64,000 bases of DNA from Stegostoma tigrinum (Eukaryota), in assembly GCF_030684315.1 (NCBI RefSeq), contig NC_081375.1:31113073-31177072 (forward strand), given 5' to 3'. Position numbers and translations under genes: made by a program. Every line of letters begins with the position of its first letter. Positions within the stretch are counted from its first letter, which is position 1. Below the pieces are notes generated by a model, which worked only from the letters and a program-made list of their open reading frames with translations, made no database searches and was not told where the DNA came from. Below, piece by piece: positions 38,936-48,283 of this stretch.

Positions 38936-39224
38936 TTATGGTGATCCAATTCCATCTTTCTGTGGAGATCTTGAATATATGGGGGTTTTCGACCGGGATT
39001 TTGACTTGGATCCTCGAGACATTTGCGATCCACTCCTAGATCTTGATACAGACCGAGACCTTGACTTTGATTTAGATTTTGACTTCGATCTTGATCTTTC
39101 AACAGACCTCGATTTTGAACGAGATCTGGATCGAGAATAGGTGCGAGACCTGGACCTGCTGTAGCGGGATCTTGACCTAGTTCGACTTCTGGACCTTGTA
39201 CGGGACCGACGTCGTCTTCTCGGA
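38936..39224 (-). CDS. SRSF2: SRSF2 coding exon 2, RS domain, stop TAA
   Basis: ctttctcag|(S)[27 protein letters not shown]...[10 protein letters not shown]; spliced CDS 642 nt = 213 aa; donor GTG|gtaaat 7 nt after the stop (GT at 38928-38927). Confidence 0.96.
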
Positions 39225-39647
39225 CTGAGAAAGGAAAGTTTTAGTAAGATTAATAAGTGGAAAATAATAAAAAGTACAAAATCTCTGACAAAACCATTGT
39301 TTGCCAATTTTCACAGCCCTCTACACCCAAAGCTGTATGCATTTGAGCTTCATAGGTAATATCATCTCTCAATGCCTCCCTTCAAGTGCAAGTTTTAATC
39401 TGTGTATGTGACAATGATAGGAAATGTAACCAAGGGGCAAAGAAGATGATAATCCTTTCACTATCTGAAATCCCCCCTAGAGATGTTTCTTTCCAAGAGG
39501 CACTGTTACCTATCCATAAGTACTCTCTCCCTCTTGAGCTCATTAAACACAACATAATACAGTTTTCCACTTCACTGGGTTTATATTAAAAACAATAAGC
39601 CCATGCACATTGGGAAATTAAGACAACTATTAAATCTTTAAATAAAA

Positions 39648-39795
39648 AACATAAGAACTGCAGACACCGTAAATCAGGATTAAAAACAGAAGTTGCTGGA
39701 GAAGCTCAGCAGGTCTGGCAGAATCTGTGAAGAACAAAATCAGAGTTAACGTTCTGGGTCCAGGTTGAGCTTTTCCAGCAACATGTGCTTTTCTA
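39648..39795. mobile_element. Short Penelope-derived element (GAAGTTGCTGGAGAAGCTCAGCAGGTCTGGCAG family)
   Basis: Same family as 17725-17790, 19575-19670, 23425-23530, 40745-40857, 60814-60950 and 62855-62950. Confidence 0.6.
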
Positions 39796-40744
39796 TGAAA
39801 TCTCTAAACTATTTTAGCCATGCAATTCTCCCATGTGTCAATTTAATTATTGAATGCCACTTTGTCTGTAATTCGCAGCTGCCAAAAAGCAGAATGGTTA
39901 GCATCAGCTCTCTCCAAATGCAGAGTATGGCACCCACAGACAATCAGTTGTCCTCACATTACTAAAAGCTGACACAGCCAAAAAGTCAACCAAGCCCCCA
40001 CTAGAGGTTTACATGGTTTGAAATACCATGTTATGAGAAACAGTTGTTCTTTAGAACACAGAAATACATGGAACTCAATAAACTAGATCAGGGTCAAAAC
40101 TCAAGAAATACTTCAGAAACTAAGTCTATAAAATTCATTCCAAACGGAATTCACAATGGGGTGCAATAGATTCTTTTTAGGAACATGCTTCATTTCTGTA
40201 GAACGTCCATTATATACGTTTACTACTGATCTCCGTTTTCCTTTGAATGTTGCGAGATCAAAAAAAATGGTATCACTTATCTGTTATAACTGTTCCCCTG
40301 CCTAAATATTTGCTCAACCACGAATAAATGAAATAAACGCGTCTTTAACCAAGTACTCCAGTTCACAGTATCTCAGGAGTGATAACTGTACGACACAAAA
40401 CCCTTTGCGCCCAGGCTCAGTAAAGCACATCCTTATCTCAAGAAGAGCAACAAAAGAGTCAGTTTTTAATAACTGTCTAGAGCCTGTGAAAACAGCCTCC
40501 CTCGGCGCGGTATCTATTAGCTGGCAGTATAGGAGATTAAAAAAAAATACTGTCAAAAGGAAAATGTGTATCTACTCGGGATGAAAGAAGCGAAACTTGT
40601 TGCTTAAAACTCTAACCGGGCTTTTGATTTGAAGTTAAACCAAAATTGTTGCCTTTTCGAGGCAGGTTTATACGGCGAGGACCAGCCGAACTTGAACAAG
40701 TTGAAATCGATACCTACCATCACAACTGAAGCAAGTTCCCGAAA

Positions 40745-40857
40745 TTCTGAGGGAGGGTCACCGGACCCGAAGCGTTAGCTTTGATGTTTTTTCCCCCTTC
40801 TTCACAGATGCTACCAGACCTGCTGAGCATTTCCAGCAACTTCTGTTTTTGTTCCCG
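40745..40857 (+). mobile_element. Short Penelope-derived element in SRSF2 intron 1
   Basis: CTGAGGGAGGGTCACCGGACCCGAAGCGTTA...CAGATGCTACCAGACCTGCTGAGCATTTCCAGCAACTTCTGTTTTTG. Confidence 0.65.
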
Positions 40858-41044
40858 AGAATTCTTGACCAGCCCCAAGAAATGGCGACTCCCACAAGTT
40901 CATAAAGGAATGGGTGACAAGAGGGGTGGAGGGCGCTGAGCTTGATCGTGCCTTACTCGATCCGCCACACAAAACTTTTAGGGGAAGAGAACCAATGAAG
41001 CACGGCGATGCCGCCACCCTCCCCTCCCTTTCTCGCCCACCAAC

Positions 41045-41397
41045 CTGCGGCTTCTCCTGCCGTAGGCGCCACCGTAACGTCGGGACGAGCCTCCTCGGCG
41101 GTGTGACTCGGCCGGGCGGCCATAGCGCGCCATTTGCACCCTCAGTTCCCGGCCATCCAGCATCGCGCCGTCCATGGCGTCGATGGCATCCTCGGCGTCC
41201 CTCTTGTCGTGAAAGCGGACGAAGGCGAAGCCGCGGCTCTCCCGGGTGAAGCGGTCTCGGGGGATATAAACGTCGCCCACTTTGCCGTACTTCTCGAACA
41301 CGCGCTTCAGCGTCTCGGGCGACGTGCGGTAAGTTAGGTTGTCCACCTTCAGCGAAGTCATCCCTTCGATATCGGGGGGCATTCGTCCGTAACTCAT
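41045..41397 (-). CDS. SRSF2: SRSF2 (SC35) coding exon 1, RRM
   Basis: [62 protein letters not shown]...QMARYGRP; ends AG|gttggt; 353 nt. Confidence 0.97.
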
Positions 41398-42243
41398 CGC
41401 TACAAATCAACCTAGCTTCCGAACAGCAGTAAGTTAGAAGGAGACTGTGATAGAGCCGGCTCTGTATAGAAAACCGCCAGAAAACCAGCGCCTGGCCCAA
41501 CGACAATCACAAGATGGCGCCTGCGTCACCCGGAAACACACCCAAACCGCCAGGGGGAGGATGTCCCAAAAACGCACATTTCAACTTCAAATAAAACTTT
41601 TTTTCGCTGCACTCTATGTTTTAAGGCCAACATAATAATTTCCGTATATTTTGTTCCGTCACTGACTCAGGAATTAAATCACCGCAACCGCGGCGCCCCC
41701 TGGGAACTGTAGTTTACTTGCCTCCTGCTCTTCATTCGGTTCATATTCATCGCTGCCAACGACATTCAACATTGCGTTCGTTGTCAAGCAGGAAATCGTC
41801 AGTCGGGGCGTTATCCGCTTTGGAACATCAAGTTCAATCAACTTGAGAGGAAAAAAAATTCAAAGACTAACGTTAATTTCCGATTGCGGCGCACGCGCTT
41901 GGTGTTTCCGGTATTGTGGCGGTTGATGTGATTTCTGAGTGGGGAGTAGTTGAAGAAGACTGACTGAGTGAGGGAGTGAGTGTTTGATGAGGGGAGTGAG
42001 CAAGGCAGGAAGAAGGAGAGGGAAGGGGAAGGACGAAATGAGTGAGCGAGGAGCAGTTGAAGAAGGCTGAGCGAGTGACGATGAAAAGAGAGTGAGAATC
42101 AGCCGTTTTTCCAAACAAAATTCTCATTGCAACCGAAAGCCTGGAATTTGAAAGAATATCATTTTGAAGTTCGCCAGTCAAAACTAAAACTTATTACCGA
42201 GCCCACAAAACAGTGCACCAAGCAAATACCTAGATGTTTAACA
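41398..42243. promoter_or_regulatory. Bidirectional promoter / 5'UTR region shared by SRSF2 and MFSD11
   Basis: YY1-type CAAGATGGCGCC 41510-41521; TGCGTCA+CCGGAA 41522-41535; ZNF143/THAP11-type ACTACAGTTCCCA (minus) 41701-41713; NRF1-like GCGCACGCGC 41889-41898; TTCCGG 41906-41911. Confidence 0.8.
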
Positions 42244-42339
42244 ATGACACCAGAAGGAACAAAACTCATGAATGTCATAATTTTGGGATGCGGCTTTCTG
42301 TTAGTTTTCAGTGCCTTTCAAACTGGCGGCAACATAGAA
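42244..42339 (+). CDS. MFSD11: MFSD11 (UNC93-like MFS protein) coding exon 1
   Basis: acaATGa; MTPEGTKLMNVIILGCGFLLVFSAFQTGGNIE|gtgagt; 96 nt. Confidence 0.93.
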
Positions 42340-42883
42340 GTGAGTGCTTAGTTCTTGAACCTGAATTCATGCGATTTCCATCATTTCCTTTAATGTTGGA
42401 AGGAATTAGTAACTTTTATTGTTTTCTTTGGAAGCTTTTTGAAACTTTCAATATAAATTTAATGTCTAACTGCCCTGAAAATCTGTAAAGGAAGTGGGTG
42501 TTTATTGATGAGTTTATCTATGAAACTGCTGATGTAGGTTTTGGATTGATAAGATGGTTTAAGTGCAGTTTAATTTGAAGTTTTCACGAGATATATTTTC
42601 ATACATTAAACCTATTGCATTTTTCAGGCTGAAGAAGGAAATGTAAAATTGTGATGCAATTTTTTTCTTTTAAAATGAAGCTTTCAAATGTATATGTGAG
42701 TGTATACAATGTGGAATAGGATCTTATCAAAGCTCTAGCTTTTCTTTGTTTTGGACTTTGTTAAGTAACAATAGATTGCTGCGCTTATCAGTTCTGAGTC
42801 TTTTTGCTGGTGTCTAAAATCCACATATTAGCGGGTTCTGGCAGATTTCATTAGGTCACGATCAAAAACGAAACCAAAGCTAA

Positions 42884-44006
42884 TCTTAGATAATAAAATG
42901 TGAGGCTGGATGAACACAGCAGGCCCAGCAGCATCTCAGGAGCACAAAAGCTGACGTTTCGGGCCTAGACCCTTCATCAGAGAAGGGGATGGGGTGAGGG
43001 TTTTGGAATAAATAGGGAGAGAGGGGGAGACGGACCAAAGATGGAGAGGAGAGTATAGGTAGGGAGGGGTTAGGTCAGTCCAGGGAAGACGGACAGGTCA
43101 AGGAGGTGGGATGAGGTTAGTAGGTAGGAGATGGAGGTGCGGCTTGGGGTGGGAGGAAGGGATGGGTGAGAGGAAGAACAGGTTAGGGAGGCAGAGACAG
43201 GCTGGGCTGGTTTTGGGATGCAGTGGGCGGAGGGGAAGAGCTGGGCTGGTTGTGTGGTGCAGTGGGGGGAGGGGATGAACTGGGCTGGTTTTGGGATGCG
43301 GTGGGGGAAGGGGAGATTTTGAAGCTGGTTAAGTCCACATTGATACCATTGGGCTGCAGGGTTCCCAGGCGGAATATGAGTTGCTGTTCCTGCAACCTTC
43401 GGGTGGCATCATTGTGGCACTGCAGGAGGCCCATGATGGACATGTCATCTAAAGAATGGGAGGGGGAGTGGAAATGGTTTGCGACTGGGAGGTGCATTTG
43501 TTTATTGTGAACCGAGTGGAGGTGTTCTGCAAAGCGGTCCCAAAACCAGCCCAGTTCGTCCCCTCCCCCCACTGCACCACACAACCAGCCCAGCTCTTCC
43601 CCTCCACCCACTGCATCCCAAAACCAGTCCAACCTGTCTCTGCCTCCCGAACCTGTTCTTCCTCTCACCCATCCCTTCCTCCCACCCCAAGCCGCACCTC
43701 CATCTCCTACCTACTAACCTCATCCCACCTCCTTGACCTGTCCGTCTTCCCTGGACTGACCTATCCCCTCCCTACCTCCCCACCTATACTCTCCTCTCCA
43801 CCTATCTTCTTTTCTCTCCATCTTCGGTCTGCCTCCCTCTCTCTCCCTATTTATTCCAGAGCCCTCACCCCATCCCTCTCTCTGATGAAGGGTCTAGTCC
43901 CGAAACGTCAGCTTTTGTGCTCCTGAGATGCTGCTGGGCCTGCTGTGTTCATCCAGCCTCACATTTTATTATCTTGGATTCTCCAGCATCTGCAGTTCCC
44001 ATTATC
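42884..44006. mobile_element. Young Penelope-derived element with ~410-440 bp inverted arms and TSD
   Basis: Arms 42888-43296 / 43538-43974; spacer encodes RFAEHLHSVHNKQMHLPVANHFHSPSHS...LGTLQPNGINVD on the minus strand; TSD ACCAAAGCTAA at 42873-42883 and 44007-44017. Confidence 0.92.
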
Positions 44007-46189
44007 ACCAAAGCTAAACTTCCTTCTCTTGCTGCAGAAATGTTGTTTTAGACACTTTGAAGCTGTGTGTGTGAGCAGTGCATAGTTTGAAAAACATTTT
44101 AACAAGTTAGGAGAGTTGATAGTCTAATGTATTATAGCCAGACTATTAACCAGGAGACCCATGTAATGCTCAAGCAACCTAAAGTTGAATGCTGCCGTGA
44201 TGTTTCAATTGAATTTTTAAAGATCTGGAGTTAAAAGTCTCATGATGAACGTGAAACCATTACTGATTGCCGGGAAAAGTCCATTTGGTTTATTAATTCC
44301 TTTTAGGGAAATAAACTGCTGTCCTTACCTGGCTTGGCTAAACGTGACTCCAGATCCACAGAAATGTGCTTGACTGCTCAATGGGCAATTAATGCTGGCC
44401 TGGCTCTCACCCCATGAATTAATAAAATTAAAGTTAACCATTTAAGATAGTTGCATACCAAGTATGTGCAGATCACTTACCTCTTCTGCTTTTCTAAAAA
44501 GAATGGTGTCTAATCACTAACAGTAGCAGTCGACACACTCAGTCACTTCTCACCTTGGCATGCCATGCTTGATCCCCACTAAAAATTATCACTTTGTCCC
44601 ATCCTGGTTATGCTCCCTACTAATGTTGCTACATTTGCTTTAATGTGTAAAAAGCCTTCTAATATATATAGGGATTGGTTTAATCTCATATGATGGTTTT
44701 TTGTATATGAATAGTTTGTAGACTTGTCATATAGCTAGAAATAAAATGGATGAAGTTATTCATTTTAGGATTGTTCAAGGTATGGATGCCTTTTAACAGC
44801 CAGAAGGTTTGTTGTCAGGGAGAGTTTGTGAGCGGGGAATAGTTAATGATGTATCAGTGGCGTTCAGAATGATAGGGAAGCCTTTATCATAGGCAAACGT
44901 GACAATATTGTGGATATGTTAGATACCTGAAGTATAGTATCATTTTAAGGGATGGCTGTGTGCAACTCACACTCAAAAGATTTTGAACCTTTTTAATTGT
45001 AATTCCTAGCAATTTAAATGAATACTATTGACAAAGGTTACACTCCCTACCCAGATCAAAAGTTGATAATATTATTTATTTCTTGGTATAACTTGCTTTT
45101 AAGCTTCATGCGTCAAGATTCAATTAAACGTTGAAGATTATTTGCAACGAAAAGTTGGTGTTAAGTTTGAGAATCTCACAAGTGCAAACTTGAAAGTACT
45201 GTAAATGGTAGAAAACTGATTTTGCCACTGTGCAGTGGCTTTCAGTACACATTGATTTTTAAACTTCTTATCCATATTTTCAACTTCATCCATAACCATG
45301 CCTTTCCTTATTTTTGTGACCTCCTCCACCCCTGTTCCTCTAACTCTTGTCTTTTTTGCATCCTCCACCCCATTCACACCAATGTTAGTAGCTGAGCATT
45401 CAGCTGTATAGACATCAAATTCTGGAATTCAAGCTTTCTGTATCATTGATTCTTTTAAAGATGTTTATTAAAACCTTTCTGTTTAAACAAGATTTTAATC
45501 ATTAATATGTCCTTTTTTTAGCTGGGTGTCAGTTTTTATCTAATTATTTACTTGTAAAATGCCTTGGAATCTTTTACTACTTTTAAATATTCCATGTACT
45601 TTCAAGTTGCTGTACCAGTGATTATTGTCAAATTTGAACCAAATGATCAGTTTTGTCTCTGTTACTGAAAAACAAAGGTTCAACAATATAAAGTTTGTTG
45701 GAAGGGATAGAATTCTCAATAAACAGACACTAGATCATACAGCTGTGTTAGTTTTCGTAATGTTGTTGGCAACATGAGTAATAGGTATGATGTGATATGC
45801 TTATAAATGTGTATGTGTGTTTTGAGGAATTAGCATGAAATAAACTTGATAGCCCTAATTCAAGTTCGTAGGATAAAACTTGTCAAGTTTGGTCGTCAGC
45901 AAAGCTGTTTGAGAAACGGAAATCTGGTACGAGTGTCTGTCATGTTAGGAATGTCTCTTGTATGTGTTTCATTCTGTGCCAAAAATGAAGAATTTATTGT
46001 TTGAATCCAGTCATACACTGGATTTGGAAGTATTTTCAATCTAGAACTTTTGAATTTCTTGACTGGATTAAAGATGAAATTTGATTGACAGCTTTAACTG
46101 CAGAGACTGAATTTACATGTCCGTAGGTATAGATCAGATTCTGCCATTAAGTGAGATTATTCATGTACGTGCATGGGGGCAATTCTGTT

Positions 46190-47595
46190 TATTAACTGGA
46201 TCTTTGTGAATGGTCATGGAAAGGCTTGGTGATTACAATGCTCTTGATGTGGCCTATGTGCACTTCCAGAAAGCATTTGATACATTGTCACACAACAGAT
46301 AACAGTAAAGTTATAGGACATGAGTTAAGAGTCAGTAGCAACATAGATAGAAAATTGTCTGAGTGGGAAATAGAGTAATAGTAGAAAGACAGTAGAAACT
46401 GCCAATGCTGGAGACTTTTGAGATAATAATGTGTAGAGCTGGATGAACGCAGCAGGCCAAGCAGCATCCAAGGAGCAGGAAAGCTGACGTTTTCAGAAAA
46501 AAAGAAGGGTCCAGACCCAAAAGGTCAGCTTTCCTGTTCCTCTGATGCTGCTTGGCCTGATGTGTTCATCCAGCTCTCCACGTTGTTATCTCCGAGTAAT
46601 AGTGGAGTTTTTTTTGGTCTGGTGATAAATATTTATAGTGGTGTTCCCCAGGAGTTGGTATTAGAATTCTTCCTTATCCTGATGTATATTAAAGATCTAT
46701 AGCTTGTTCACTGGGGAAATTTACATGTTTGTAGATGACATGGAACTTGGAAGAATTGTAAACGGTGAGTGGGATAGAGTAGTATTCCAAAAGGGCATAG
46801 GCAACTTGGTTTAATTTGCAGTTGACAACTAATGTCGAGAAATGTGAGGTGATGCATTTTGGTCAGAAGAACATCGAAACACAATGGCACAATTCTAAAG
46901 TGGGTGCAGAAGCAGAGGAACCTAGGTATATATGTGTGCTAATCACTTAAGTTAACATGACAAGTTGAGCAAGCATTTAATAAAGCATAAAGAATCATGC
47001 ATTTTATTAAAAGGGGCATAGAGTACAAAAACAAGGAAGGTAGTGTTGAACTTGAATAAGACACTTGTTAGACCTCAGCTGGAATATTGTGCACAGTCCT
47101 GGGAACCACATTGCTGGAAGGATGTGAACGCATTGGATGGATTTCAGAAGTTATTAATGAACATGGTTCCAGAGATGAGAAGTTTCAGGTGTGAGGATAG
47201 ATCGAAGAGTTTGGAACTCTTCTCCTTGCAGAGAAGAAGGCAAGGAGGGAATCTGATAAATATTTTCAAAATCATGAGGTGCTAGGTAGAATAGACAGAG
47301 AAGCCTATCAAGAATTATGAGCCACAGATTTAGTAATTTGCAAAAGAAGCAAATAAGTGTTTGCTCACAGTGAGTAGTTAGGGTATGGAATGCGCTGCCT
47401 GGAAGTGTGGTGGAAGCAGGCTCAATTGTACCATCCAAGAGGAGTTTGGATGATTATGTGGATAGAAATAATGTGAAGTGTGTGGGTAGAGAAAAGCAGG
47501 AGATTGGCAGTTGGTATTGAGACTCATCTGAAGAGCTAATGCAGACATGATGGGCCAAATGGCCTCATTCTGTGCCATAACACTTCTGTGATTGT
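46190..47595 (+). mobile_element. Degenerate CR1 LINE (RT region to 3' end), interrupted by a Penelope insertion
   Basis: DV.Y..FQKAFD, SGVPQ, F(V)DD and LNKTLVRPQLEYCAQSW remnants. Confidence 0.85.
46383..46593 (-). mobile_element. Short palindromic Penelope-derived element nested in CR1
   Basis: Inverted arms ~46420-46490 / 46520-46592; TSD GAGTAATAGT at 46373-46382 and 46594-46603. Confidence 0.85.
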
Positions 47596-47803
47596 GTTCA
47601 CTGTTTGCACGTGGTCACATTAGGTTTGGTTATTATTATTGTACCAGAAACTTGAGCAGGTCCTCAAGAGCTATACTCTATCATGTTCATCCCTTATACA
47701 GTTGCTTTGAGCTACCACACTAGTTTATAAAAGATGAGCATATGCTGATTTTGCAGAATATGTTTTCCTTTCCATTGAAATAATTATGATTTTTGTTTAA
47801 CAG

Positions 47804-47859
47804 CAAACAGTCATCAAGAGTGTTAACAGTACCCGGTTTCATGGAAGTGGATATACCAG
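47804..47859 (+). CDS. MFSD11: MFSD11 coding exon 2
   Basis: ttgtttaacag|QTVIKSVNSTRFHGSGYT(S)|gtgttt; 56 nt. Confidence 0.92.
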
Positions 47860-48175
47860 GTGTTTGTTTCCTTATCTTCCTTTGTGACGGATTATTGTAT
47901 GGAGACTTTCAGATTTGTTGAAATATCAAACTTTGCAAATTTCTTAATAGAGCTATGTAGTCATATAATGAAGTATACTTTCACACAGTAGCTTTTTATC
48001 TGCCATTTAAAGAAAGATTGGAAAAGGTTAGAATCATTGTTGATAATTTATAAATTAGTGCTTGTTTTAAATATAGTTCTTCACTTGAACTTTTATTTCA
48101 ATTATTGTCAATTTGTATATGGTTAGTTCCAGCATTTCATTGAGTTAACAGATCATCTTTCTCTTTCTCTTATAG

Positions 48176-48283
48176 CTTGGCCATAATTTATACTGTATTT
48201 TCTGCTTCAAATATTTTGACTCCGTCAATTGTTGCTGTTTTGGGAGCTCGACTTTCAATGGTCATTTCTGGTTTAGTGTACAG
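48176..48283 (+). CDS. MFSD11: MFSD11 coding exon 3
   Basis: ctcttatag|(S)LAIIYTVFSASNILTPSIVAVLGARLSMVISGLVY(S)|gtaata; 108 nt. Confidence 0.94.

Noticed and set aside
38871-39140. DLDLD-rich plus-strand ORF
   Set aside because: Antisense shadow of the SRSF2 RS-domain codons
39225-41044. Possible miR-636 homologue (located in human SRSF2 intron 1)
   Set aside because: No recognisable hairpin or sequence match; the human miRNA is not known to be deeply conserved
40811-41506. 231-aa alternative-frame ORF overlapping SRSF2 exon 1
   Set aside because: Shifted frame of a GC-rich exon running into the intron; starts at a non-ATG codon; no evidence of an independent protein
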